Source: Eledone cirrhosa
Lineage: Eukaryota
Assembly: GCA_964016885.1 (NCBI GenBank)
Contig: OZ024741.1
Location: forward strand, 382,788,001-382,852,000
Direction: 5' to 3'
DNA: 64,000 nt
The position numbers and the translations under genes were made by a program. The notes beneath the pieces are model-generated. The model saw only the letters and a program-made list of their open reading frames with translations. It did not search any database and was not told where the DNA came from. This document shows, one piece after another, positions 46,699 to 59,467 of this stretch. How positions within the stretch are numbered: the first letter of the stretch is position 1; every line of letters begins with the position of its first letter.

Positions 46699-47230
46699 TA
46701 CCCATCTGCCAGATAGTTGAACGTTCGAAAGTATATACTTTCCTTATGAAAATTAACGGTTTATTAAGTTGAGTTTGAAAATGTATACACATGAACGCGT
46801 ATGTATGTACATGAATACATGTGTGTATATATATATGTATACATGTGTATATGTATGTAAGTATGAACATGTTACTATGTGAATGTGAGTATATGTATTT
46901 TGTAGAGGTGTGCAAATATGTTTGTGTGTGAATGCGTGGGTGAAAGGATACGTACACTTGAAAGAAAAATTTAAGTCTGAATGTTAATTAAGTGCAAACA
47001 CAAAACCAACCACGCATATCTTCACTATCTCTAATCCTTCTATAGATTTAGAAAAATAACCAATAATATATTCTATAAAAAATGTCAAAACAACAGATGG
47101 GAATCTAATTACTCACTGCCACCAAAAATTCTCACTGCTATCAAAAAACCACTCCCTCAACTATTCTTCTAACAACTTCACCCCTCCCTCCTAATATTGT
47201 CTATAAAAACCAAATAGGTCCTCAGTAATA

Positions 47231-47351
47231 TTATTCTGATGAAATGACAGTAAATAATAACATTGAAATATTGAATGTCTGCATAACTAATACTTTGTAG
47301 ATAGCAGCTGTTTTCAGGTTATGTAACTGTTATAGAAACATGTGTCAATAA
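47231..47351 (+). ncRNA. HHR with a 74-nt loop in stem II
   Basis: ttatt-CTGATGA-a atgacagt[74 nt]actgttat a-GAAA-c atgt g-TC-aataa. The mirror copy at 41351-41460 has a deletion in stem II. Confidence 0.75.
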
Positions 47352-47385
47352 ATTCCTTTCAAATAAACTGTATCCATTCAAATCT

Positions 47386-47449
<64 letters not shown>

Positions 47450-47453
<4 letters not shown>

Positions 47454-48110
47454 TAACTGAACAAAAAAGAAAAATGAACACAGACATATACATATATGTG
47501 TTCAAATCGTAATGGATCAGTTATACTATACGGCTCGGAAAGACTCTTTCCTATAGCTAATTTACTGTAATGAGACTACTTTGAGTTTCTAACATGCCTT
47601 TGATATATTCGGCTCTGGTAATTCGTCGAACTAATTCAAATGTCGTGTAAACTCGGCTGCTATTTTTAGTGGCGCTAAATTCGGGAACCATGTGCGTTAC
47701 ATATACACACGCTATCCATTTTTTTTTATATATTTAGAAGTGATTAGGATACTAATTTATTCACCCGCAGATGATCTAGGACTTTGGTACACCTTTTCAC
47801 AAATAACATTGTGAAACTCTTCTATCAAAACTGTCCGGGTGTTCGGTCGTTACCACAATAATGGTTTTGTATTTATTTTTCTTGATTTATTCTTAAATTG
47901 AGTATGGCAAACCCTATTGTCTGTAGTTAGTATTTTTTTCACCTTAGCGATTCTGGTCCATTACGATTTGAACACATATATGTATATGTCTGTGTTCGTT
48001 TTTCTTTTTTGTTCAGTTATTCTATATATTTCGGAAAAACCTCTTTCCTGGAGCTAATTTATTGAAATGAGACTATTTTGAGTTTATAACTCAATACATG
48101 CCTTTGATAT
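47450..48110 (+). mobile_element. Family H non-coding element with an inverted 5' stub and direct terminal repeat; HHR-like motif at 47762-47841
   Basis: 47451-47520 is the inverse of 47953-48020; 47517-47607 recurs at 48013-48110. cacccg-CAGATGA..GAAAC..GTC-cgggtg. Confidence 0.6.
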
Positions 48111-48115
48111 ATATA

Positions 48116-48269
<154 letters not shown>

Positions 48270-48315
48270 TGTGTGTGTGAGTGTGTGTATGTTTGTGTGT
48301 GTGTGTATATATATA

Positions 48316-48358
<43 letters not shown>

Positions 48359-48552
48359 GTAGGTTTGTTGGTTCACCACTGGATAGAATTGGTTATTCCG
48401 TATGGTCAATCTTGATGTAATATTATGGAGAGTACTCAACGTAGTGTAGTTCACTGTCTTCGTTTGTGTAGTCGGTGGTGCTAATACGGAGATAATTATT
48501 ATAAATAAAATAGCAGGAGGCTGGACTGATGTAAATCCTTGAAAAGTTTATT

Positions 48553-48610
48553 ATACTATGATCATTTCAATGACCGGGATCCGTATGAATCCGGTGATAT
48601 CATCAGGTAT
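48553..48610 (-). ncRNA. Type I HHR with palindromic stem III, followed by AATAAA
   Basis: atac-CTGATGA-tatc accgg attcatacggatc ccggt catt-GAAA-tgatca-TA-gtat. Confidence 0.82.
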
Positions 48611-49589
48611 TCGAAATATAACAAAGGAATATATAAAATCCATGGGTCCAAAAATCAGAGACAGAGAGGACGACTGACCAACTAGGTGCTTTCATCTCGG
48701 TCAGTCGCCCTCAAGTGATGGCAACTCGGTCTACTAATGACCATCTGGTGAGGGGGCGAAGGCTTATAATGTACTACCACCTCTCCGTCAGGGAATAAAA
48801 AAGAACGAAAGAAGAAAAGTCAGTGTAAGGGTCACACTACAGTCATGCTAAAAGACGCCGTGAAAAATGTTATTCCAAAGAACCCATATTTTAACAAAGG
48901 CATATATATGGGTGTCTGTATGGTCTAATGTGTTAACAGAAAATTGCAACGTTAACTTATGTTAAGAGTTATAGGATGAAATTAAATTATTAGAAAAGTA
49001 ATAGAAAATTAAAGGTTTGTTTTGCGAGATTTATTTAATGAAATTACAGAGAGAGTCTTATATGAAAAGGTTTAAGTGTACTATAGGGAATCTCGATAAG
49101 TTATCAAGGTGGGATTTAGATATAAAAGCATTCGATTTTAAACCCCAGCCAGCACCTCCTAACCACGTGTCAGCCAGTTTCGAATGGTAGCGTCTAGAGA
49201 AATAAATGGAAATTAATTTTTCCCATTTCTCTAGGAACGTAACTGCGATAGGCTTCAGGTGTGCTAGGGGGAAGTCAACCAGCTGCTACAGGTCATCGTC
49301 TATACGAAAAGAATACTATTAATTCACACAGGAGGGGTTTATTTACGTGCCAGCAGAGGAAGGCATGATACAGCTAACAGTTATGCCTAAGCCTAGAGTT
49401 TATAGGTATGAGTATAATGTGGCGGTCAAAACAGGCGGTGCGGCCGGCTCCGGGGCAAATCGTCTGCTCCGAGTAGATTCGTTTACCGAAAGTTGGGAAA
49501 TTTATTTTGCCAAGCACTCAAGGAAGGCTGAACTTTCCGAGCCCCCGGCGCACAGCCGGGAAATCGACTATATCGGGTTGAAGTATGAC

Positions 49590-50170
49590 GTTCACTAAAA
49601 TGATAAGGCATGTTGTGTTTTACATTATGCTCCAACACAATCAAACAGGAGCGCGCAGCTTGCATTTTCGAGAAATTTCAATAGAATTACCGGAAAGCAG
49701 ATATGGACATATAATAAATCATTCAAAGAGGAAGGCTGTCTGTGTAGCGCAAAGGGAACTGGATGTCCACCAGTATCGGAAGATATCTTCAATCAGACTC
49801 GGGAAACATGTGTGCGAAGACCCAACAAGTCTGTAAGAAGGGTATCTAGGGACATTCAGTTTGCTCGTACGACTGACACCGTACAATCTGCAGCTCTTTA
49901 GGCATTAACAAAAGATGACAGGGCAAGCAATTCTGTGTCGTTATGGAAGAGAAATTTGAAGTTTCCTCGTGCGACTGACATCCTATAATCTGCAGATTCT
50001 GTAGAACTTAAAAAAGATGACGGCGGGATGTAAACAATTCTGTGTCGTTATGAAAGACAGATTTGAAAATAAAGAGTTCGCAAACCGTCTTGATTTCAGA
50101 CGAATAGTAAAGTCAAAAACCATTATTTCGCAATTGAAGGAAAGTAAATTCCTATGCCACAGTTGAGCGC
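49590..50170 (+). pseudogene. Possible Tc1/mariner transposase remnant with a ~100-bp internal duplication
   Basis: PYNLQ(L/I)..KDD..FC-like peptide occurs twice (49870-49960 and 49972-50068). Heavily degraded. Confidence 0.35.
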
Positions 50171-50174
50171 AATT

Positions 50175-50579
50175 TTATTTATTTATTTATTTTTGTCTCC
50201 TTCTCTGCGCATGCGTTTACGTGTGTGTATAATGTTTGGTGTGTGTGTTCGCGTTTGAGTGTATGTGTTTTGGTTTTTGTATTGTATCTTTGTTTACTAG
50301 TGTGTGTTTATATGTGTTTGTTGTTATTGTACGTGTGTATATATTTATTTATTTATTTATTAATAATTCCCTTAAGTCAGTATTATCTGTTGGGTGTGGT
50401 TGTTGTTGTTATATCATTCGTATTTTTCTATTTAAGTTTGGGTTTCTAAGCTCTATTTCAGTTGCTTCGCTGATTTGCCTACCTGTTCGACCATTTCTAT
50501 GCTTGGATATTATTTTAATTTCTATATTGTCTATATTACCGTCATGTCTTTGTCTGGCGTGTTCGTATGGTACTGAACC

Positions 50580-50582
<3 letters not shown>
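50175..50582 (-). mobile_element. PLE GIY-YIG C-end plus 3' UTR fragment
   Basis: EHARQRHDG..EIKIISKH..RQISEATEIELRNPNLNRK. Confidence 0.75.
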
Positions 50583-50616
<34 letters not shown>

Positions 50617-50619
<3 letters not shown>

Positions 50620-50812
50620 ATAATAATAATAAATTTGAAGACTAAAATACAAAGAGGGCTCGATAAGGATAAGTATATATCAAATATATGAGAACAGTAG
50701 AGCAAATATTTATTAAAATAACAGATTAAAGTTTAAGCAAAGAATCGCTGCTTTCACCCTTAAGGGTGAAAGCAACGATTCTTTGCTTAAACTTTAATCT
50801 GTTATTTTAATA

Positions 50813-50815
<3 letters not shown>
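50617..50815. repeat. Family B fold-back centred on the HHR stem II loop
   Basis: Centre tttcaccct|taagggtgaaa at 50760/50761. Confidence 0.8.
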
Positions 50816-50884
<69 letters not shown>

Positions 50885-50890
<6 letters not shown>

Positions 50891-53454
50891 TATTGAAGTT
50901 TGCTAGAAGCATTGGGGAATAATAAGGTACATTTCTTTAAGTCGTTTGGAAGCCTCGACAATGCAAATGGGTAAATCTCCGGGTAACAAAATCCGGTGGT
51001 GGAGAGAGAGATGTAAGTGAGTGTACCTTGAGATGTGTGGCGTGAAGACTGTAGCGTGTAGAAGAATGTAGGAAAGAGCGTAAAGGATAAAAATAAAAAT
51101 AATAACACGAGATAGAGTTACCTTGGGAGAGATTTAATTGTCCCTATATATTTCGGATTCACATCCATCAACTGGGGGGTTTTCCGTGGGGGGGAAGGTT
51201 GTCTGTCGGAAAGGTGCGAAACGTGTCCTCCGCTGTTCGTTGTTTTGAATATCTGAGGTATTCAGCAGAGCGCGCGTGCGCGTAAAATGGGGTCGGTCAA
51301 GCAGAGGTCGGCGGCAGAAATAGTTCTTTCAATTGTGGGAGTGCGGTGGCGCTAGCTGTCAGCCCATAGTATTCTCTGCCTGTTTCGTGAATGTTACTGT
51401 GTGTGTGTGTGTGTGCGTGTGTGTGTTGTCTCGCTTGAGTGTGTGTGTGTGCGTGTGTTGTTGCCTTGTTCGTCTGTATTGGCAGTGTACTATGTTCGTA
51501 TGGTGGAATGCTACTGTGTGTGTGTGTTGCTGTCTCGCTAGTGTGTGTGTGTGTGTGCGTGTGTTGCTGCATCGTTTGTTTATTTAAACCAACCACCTGA
51601 TTTCGCTTCCCTCGGATCGGTTGTTTATTTGTGGCCTTAGGCGTTTGATCCAAAGTGCTTCCTTGATTCGTAATGTGCCGACGTTTCTTCCTGTCGCTAG
51701 AATTGTGTCAATGGGCCTTCCGTCTTTGTTTCCACATTTGGCTATCTGTTTCCGGAAAGACGAGGCCCTGGTGTTAGTGTGCTTCTTGATCCGGATGTGC
51801 AGCGGCCGGATTGTGCTACCTATATAGTATTGGTTGCACTTGTTACATTCTATCTCATACACGACATATGTGCGTAGGTAACAGTTCGCATGGCGCATCG
51901 GGCAGTCTCTGAGGGAGCACGCATCAATTTATTTCTCTGGTTTCCAGGAGAGGCATCTTCGCAGGGAGGGGCCCGAGTGGGCCAGGTGGATGTGGAGGCC
52001 CTCCCTCCGTATAGCCTTGCGGATAGCGTTGGTGGTATTCTCGCCCAGGTGTGGCATTTTAAGGAAGCACTTGCCTTGGGTGCCTCTCTGTCTCTTGTGT
52101 CTTGTGTCTCCTACTTCTGTCTGTGAGCGAGGTAGGGTACCCGTTTGTCTCCAACTCCTCGAGGAATCATTTGGTATGAGTGACACCATTCTCGGGATCG
52201 CTGCATCTGTTTTCAATTCGCGTGATCTCGTTCGTGATGTATCCTCTTTTGGCACTGTTAGGGAGGGCGGACTTGTAGTGGACGAACAGGTCCCTGCAGG
52301 CTGCCTTTCGTAGAAGTTGTAGTGGATCCCTCCCCTCCCTGTTCTGTGATGTTGTTTCGGAAGTCGAGGAGCGCAAGTGACCCGTCGTCGCTGGAGTGTT
52401 CAACACTGAAATCAATGTTCTCGTCCGTGTTGTTGAACGTCTCATAGACTCTGTTCGCCATGCTTTGGGAAGATGTGAGGATGAGGATATCCTCCACGTA
52501 CCTTGAGAAAAGGGCGACGGCTTTGGGGTGGCAGGCGTTGAGTGCCTTGCGCTCGAGGCTGTCCATTTATGAGATCGCTAGCACACCCGACAGGCTTGAG
52601 CCCATGGTCAGTCCGAGGTTTGCTGGTATGTTTGGTCAAGGAATCCGAAGTATGTGTTGTCGACGACGATGGATAGGAGTTGGTGGATGTCAGTGGTGGT
52701 GAGCCTGAAGCAGTGTAGGTCGATGTATTGGACGCGTTCCATCAGTATATTAAAGGCCTGGAGTGCCGGGACCGAGGTGTAGAGAGCGACTACATCAATG
52801 CTGAAGGCATATCTGTTATCCTTTCTGGTGTCGGGATCCATTTGATGCAGGCGCCCCAACACCTCCTCGGAGCTGTTAACGTGTTGCGGCAAGGTGTCTA
52901 AGATGGGTTCGAATATTCTGGTTAGGAGCCATGAAATTTTGTAGAACGGTCCTTCCACGCTCGATACAATGGGCCTGATCTTCAGGTCGGGTCCCTGTTT
53001 GTGTGTTTACACGAGGTGGTAGAAGGCGGATAGTCTGCTGTTCCTGGTGAGGAGGTTGTATCTCAGCTTCTTCGGGAGCATCGGCCGGTCGCAGATGTTG
53101 GTCTAGGCGGCGTTGATGTGCTCCTCTATCTGCGCGGGAGTGATTCCCGTGACGTTGGAGTAGAGGTTGTCATCGTCAAGGGTGTTGGAGGGCCAGGGTG
53201 TTGTAGGCCTCTCTGCTGATGACGCAGAATGATTTTCCCTTGTCGGAGGGGAGGTAGATGAGGTTCTTCGATTTTAGGTTGGAAAGAGTGGTGAGTTGAG
53301 ATTTGGTGAGGTTGTGTGTTGTGGGTTGTCGGGGTGGTAAGTAGGGAACTTGGGGTGGGTTGCGTGGGCGCTTTATTTTCTGTGGCGCTGTTGATGGCGA
53401 TCACCCATTTAAGTTGGTAAGCGTCTCGACAAAAGTTGGTCTCGATGTCGAGTT

Positions 53455-53455
<1 letters not shown>
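50885..53455 (-). mobile_element. Degraded PLE (Penelope/Poseidon-like) with RT, GIY-YIG and a degenerate HHR at 51141-51179
   Basis: SIDVVALYTSVP, RYVEDILI, LLDF, VVYEIECNKCNQYYIGST..RIKKH, IKEALWIKRLRPQIN. cccc-CAGTTGA-tggat gtga atcc-GAAA-tata-TA-ggga. Confidence 0.88.
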
Positions 53456-53493
<38 letters not shown>

Positions 53494-55096
53494 CTGTGTG
53501 TGTGTGTGTGTGTGGGTGTGTGGGTGTGTGTGGGTGTGTGTGTGTGTGTGCGTGTGTGTGTGCGTGTGTGTGTGCGTGTGTGTGTACGTGTGAGTGTCGG
53601 GTATGATTTAATTGCCTTTCCCCTCTCCTCAAATTGTTGGCCTTGTGCCTATAATAAAATCCATTCTTATTCTTATTAATTTTTTTCCGCACTTTTTCTT
53701 CTCTTTCTTTTCTTCAGGAACCCAGTTCCTTCAACAACCACCCCAGGACGTTTTTCTTTTCTATTTATATCTATATTTCTATTCATATTTATATTTATAT
53801 TTTTTGATACAAGAGGTACACACATACCACAAGACAAAATACTAATTCTATATCCACCTTTAATTTTCTTCAGTTTCAAATACTGACTACACACATTAAA
53901 AATGCCAACTACTCCGTTAGTATGAATGGTAAGAACTTTTTCTATATATAACCAAGTGAAGTCAATTGTATCCTGACCTGACAAACCCCACCGCCACGTT
54001 CCCCACAACACCTTCATAGGGAACATATATATAAGAAGAAAGTTTGACAGAAAACTTACATATATTCATTGTAACTGCTCACAGAATACAGTACAAAACA
54101 TTTTTTAAATGTTTAATATATAATATCTACTCTTTTATAAGATTGTTATACCAATAGAAAGCAGTTATATTCAATGTTACATTTACAAAATTATCCATTC
54201 CGTCGGATTAAAGAAAAAAATAATTTAAAAGATACTTCTGAGCGTTTTCAATTTCACTTTTTAATTATATATACGAAATATACGTATATATACGTGTGTA
54301 TGTATATCGCCATATGTTAAATGGCAAAAGAAAAAAAAGTTTTTATGTCTATACTGACATATACATATATAGAAAATGGAATGCGGTTATCAAAAATGAT
54401 TGGAAGAAAGAAAATATCGGACGGCGTATTCGAGCGAAAATTAATGAATAATTGAAGTAAGTTTACAGAGAAAACAGGAACGACTATCATTGCTTTCTAC
54501 AGTCTAAATATTTACGAATTATCATTCCTATTATCCTGTAGACAAAGGTTTTATTCTGTCACTCTTGTTTTTCTTAATTAATGGAAAACAAACATTAGAA
54601 ATATAATCTTACACAACGTTTGCTTCGAAAGTAAAGAAAGAGCAGCAGAGGTCAGATAAGTCTGTTTTTAAAAGACCAGTAACTTCACAATATATTGTTG
54701 AATACAATCATTTAACAAAGTTCTCATATCCCCACACAATGCCAGAACTGGAATGTATCATACATAACTTTTTTTACCGCCATATTTCTGGATATTCATA
54801 AAAGCAACATGTTAATTTAGATAATCATATTATACTGAGAAACTTGCTCATTTGCAGATTTTCGATTATATTTCATGATTGTACATGTTCAATTATTTAC
54901 GAAATTTTATTTTTTAAATCGTTCGAATTTTTAATTGTTTAATCGATGTCCCTTTACACAGGACGGTTGGAGTTTAAAAATAGATTGCTTGTTTCGTGCC
55001 TTAGAAGCTAAAACCTAGTTGCAGCCGTTACATCATATCATTAAACAAGACAATTTAGAGGACATATAGATAGAAAAATCTCTTATTAAATATTAT

Positions 55097-55318
55097 TTGG
55101 ATTGGCAGTATTGGTAGATAGTCGGACGCCATGCTTTGCAGCATAGAATTACGGCCCTCTATCATCTGAGTACCAATCTCGCCGAGGTTAACTTTTCCTT
55201 TTATACTTATGCGGTCGATAAAATAAAGTACCCAGTCACATACTGGGGTCGATTTAATCGACTTTCCCCTCCCCCCCAAAACATTGCTGGTCTTGAGCCT
55301 ATACAAGAAACCATTATA
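55097..55318 (+). mobile_element. SINE copy (long variant)
   Basis: Box A and body with the ggggtcgatttaatcgact segment. Confidence 0.85.
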
Positions 55319-55461
55319 ATGTTCAGTTCTCGACAAATATATTTTCATTGTTTTACATTCAAAAGTTCGAGTAATTATTTTATTCGACTAATTATATTAT
55401 TCATATAAAGTTTACCCAACATATCACTAATTAATTGCAAATTGCACTTACCTGAAGCGTA

Positions 55462-55676
55462 TACGAGGGTAGGCGGAAAAGATCATAGGCTGATATAAAG
55501 GATTGACAACAACTGGGAAGTCTTGCATGCATTAATTTCAACTCTTCTTACTAATAACTGTCTTGTTTATATCCAAGGAATATGTTGAAAAATAAACCTC
55601 ATTTAATCATTCCACAAGAGTGTCTTGGTTAGCCTATGATTTTTTCAGTCTATGAAGCTTTCAACCGAACCTCGTA
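55462..55676. mobile_element. Mariner-type MITE
   Basis: Imperfect ~31-bp TIRs tacgagggtaggcggaaaagatcataggctga / tcagtctatgaagctttcaaccgaacctcgta with TA ends. Confidence 0.75.
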
Positions 55677-56728
55677 TGTATATACATGGGGATACACGCG
55701 TTATGTGTACACATTTCTGTGTGCATGTGTCTATGTGCGTATTTTGCGTGTGTGTGAGTATGTGTGTATGTGTCTATCAGAATTACAGTTGTATCAACTG
55801 TCTCACAAGTTAAAATTAACCATACTGAAAGTAATAGCAACAAAGAAACCATTTAGGGTTTTATGTCTCATCCCTCATGGGACGATGATCGCTGTACCAG
55901 TCATAAGAGTGAGGCGATTAAATTGACTATAAATCCCCTTTCAAATGAGTGCTACTTTCACAATTATGTAAATCATTAATACGCAAATATTACTAAATAA
56001 ACCATGAAATGTGTGTTAGTCGGAGTGCCCTGTTCATAGTTCAAGTCACTTGGTAGTAGGCTTATTCATAGTATGCAGAGTATATACATCCTAAGAACGT
56101 TGATTTTGGGGGGAATGGATTGTCAGAGGACACGCTTAATATGAAAAAAATTGCACGGCCTGGTTATGTATGTCATGAAATTTCCTGTTTGAAATGTTAT
56201 GTGTTAGTTTCCAAAAGTTGAATCCGATTGATTTCATAGTCAATTGGAAGGAAAAGGAAACTTATTCAAATTATACAGCTACAAAGAATATATTATTAGA
56301 AACGAAACCTCTATTGTAGATTTTGCAATCAAAAGAAGTAACTGTTTTATTGATTGTAATATTTAGTTTTTTCAAATAACGAATCCGTGGAAGAAATTTT
56401 GTATTCCTGGCTATCTCTGCGCTACACAGGCACTAATGTACAGAAATGTCGCTCTCAGTCAAGCATTTATTTAGCACACCTTTATGAAATGTCTGTAATA
56501 ATTTTGGCTTTGCTAATGGAATGATGTCGACTTTTTCATACAAGATTGAACATATCACTTGACTTATCAATTAAATGTCTATATAGAATCTATGTTTACA
56601 TTTTGAAATAAATCACGATACTGAAATAAATTACTTCTGATTGTAATGTAAGACAAAGTATCAAGACGATTATATATGTCTGAGTGTGTGTGCGTGTACA
56701 CACACACACACAGACACATACACACACG

Positions 56729-56768
<40 letters not shown>

Positions 56769-57279
56769 CTATACATACATAATATATATATATATATATA
56801 TTTATACAATGACTTTGTTGATATGTAACCAACAGAGTTCATAACAGATACGAAGCACTCGACAGTAACATTTATCTGGAGTATTATGATAATAATAGTA
56901 TTAAACGAATATATATTACTATAGCATCATTATTTATTTCGTTATGTATATTTCAGGGATTCTAAATCATAGCATGGCTTTTCAGACCAAATGGAATATT
57001 AGATGTATAAAATGCATGCGATATACTCTACACGGGTATATGATTCAAAATCTCAAAATGTTATAGGATGTAAAGGCTATTGGAAAATATAAGAAATAAA
57101 CAATAAGATAAATAATAAGGACAGTTAATTTAGACGCTTCATATGCTATTTAAAAATAGCGTAATTAGATTGGTCAGAAAAAACCGCTAAATGCTTATAT
57201 CTTCTTAGTAAAGGGATATATATTATATACTATACTATATAATATTATATAATTATAGTATATATAGTATAGAGAAGAG

Positions 57280-57313
<34 letters not shown>

Positions 57314-58059
57314 CTACACACACATATACATACGATTATATATATGTATATACTTCGATACTATATATATCTTATATTCTAATGTTTTGAAAAAATAAAG
57401 GTATATATTAATATATAGTGAGGATTGCATATACATAAGTAAATAAACAAAGGGGAAACACTTAGATTAATTATAATACAAATCATATTATAAGATTTTA
57501 GGCAATGGGTGGCAGGATAAGAATGTATTATTGGGGGCCTATAATGTAAGCATAATATATATAATATATTTTGCGAAGGAATGATGCCACTTATGTTGTT
57601 ATGATATATATATGTATATATCTAAGAAACCTACAATTATATTAATATATCTACATACAGATAACTATTAAATCAATCATACAAATATATACATTTAGCT
57701 ATATATTCTCTTAAATGATTAAGAGATTTTTGAGAAAACATCCGCTGGATATCTCTGTTCTTTTATTAATAATAGATTTTGTATTACTAATGATATGAAG
57801 TATTTCAATATTACGGAGATTACAATTTTTATAAATAGAAGAATTTACATATGGTGAGGCATTAACTAGCTTATGTCAAGATAATGAGCAATCTATGTTT
57901 TTTTTGTTTTTAGGGACCATATTATTTAAGATAGAGAAGTTCAGAACTTCTTATCCATTCTTTTAAAAATACGCGTTGTACCACCGTTCCTTAAATTTAG
58001 ATGAAGTGGCACCTATATAGTTACACGACTTATCATATATATATATATATATATATATA

Positions 58060-59290
58060 TTGTTATACTTTGGGAGGGTCATGTTGCCAATAAGCAACAC
58101 ACGCACCAGTTGCTTTTACTTCAATTTATTATAACAAATTTATAAATTTAGGAATTTATAAATTTCTGGTTGGTTGGTTGGTTCAACAACCAGATAGTTG
58201 TTTATATATTGTCAAAGATCTTTCGTCACACATTATGTGACCTCTTCAGTGACTGGAGATTCTTTTCTTTGTTTTTGTGCCTCTCCTTTGTTCTGTCCTA
58301 CGCCATTTTTTTTCTGTGTGTGTGTTGTGCGCTCAGTCTGCGCATGCGCCACATCCGGATGTCTGTGTGTGTTTATATTCATTTATTTATTTGTTTATTT
58401 ACATGTTACCGGTTGGTTGTTTGTTCTATGTGCGTGTGTGTTTTCATTTTGTTCTTAATTGTAAGTTGTGATGTTGCTGTTCCACTCATATGTTCTATTT
58501 AATTTTGGTTGGAGTTCATTTATGTTTATTGCCTTTGTGATTTGTCTAAACATTGCGTCTTTTCTGTGTGTAGATTCTATTTTTATTTCTATGTTCTATT
58601 TTAGCATGTTGGTAGAGTACAGATGATTATTTACTATCTTGAAGGTCTCGCCAGTGTTCATTTATCCGTTCCCCTACACTACGAGCTGTCTCACATATGT
58701 ACACTATATTTTTGTCTCTACATTGTCCTTCAGTACATCTTATGCTATATACTACATTTCTAGTTTTACAGTTAATATGGAGGCTTATTTTACAGGTTAT
58801 ACATTTCTTATCTATACAGGGGGTCTTTGAAAAGGGTATGTCTTGCTAATAAGTGTTTTACGGAGGTACCTGGTCTTTCTACTATCTGAATATTGAGTTT
58901 ATGTTTATCTAGGGCACTTCTAAATTTGTAAGCTAATTCACCTCTAGGGGTTGTATCGATGAACATTACACTCTGGTATTTATTGCTATCATACCATGAG
59001 TTTATTCTATTAGCCTTACTCCTAGTTCTTTCTATTCTGTTCCAAAATTTGCTCCTATACAAGGACAGGTCCCATTTGTGTCATTATTTACCATTTTTCC
59101 CCATTTGGGTGATGAGAAACGTGTCCCGCATGCGCAACCTCGAAGAACTAGAGAGACACATACAACACTTCATCCACCGTAAGCAGTTCTCTGGTTACAA
59201 TCAGAGAGATAAAATCAGAGTGTATAGAGGAGCCAGAACCAAATGGGAAAAAATGGTAAATAATGACACAAATAATTTATTAACCTGCCA
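58060..59290 (-). mobile_element. Family C PLE 3' part (minus) with an inverted internal segment (59110-59290, plus)
   Basis: Collinear with 25034-26110; ORF 58808-59062. Confidence 0.85.
58211..58253 (-). ncRNA. Minimal type I HHR (family C)
   Basis: gtca-CTGAAGA-g gtcaca taatg tgtgac-GAAA-gatc-TT-tgac (AAGATCTT palindrome). Confidence 0.85.
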
Positions 59291-59467
59291 TTGAACCATA
59301 TTGGCATATGGTTGGATAATACATATGTTCCTATTCGGTATATATACCTTATTATCATTAATCTGCCCCTGGTCGAGATGAAATCTGGTCATTTTGACTA
59401 CTGCTATTTATAGTGGTAGTAGACTGACCTGCCTGCCTCTGCTTCTATATATATATATATATATATA

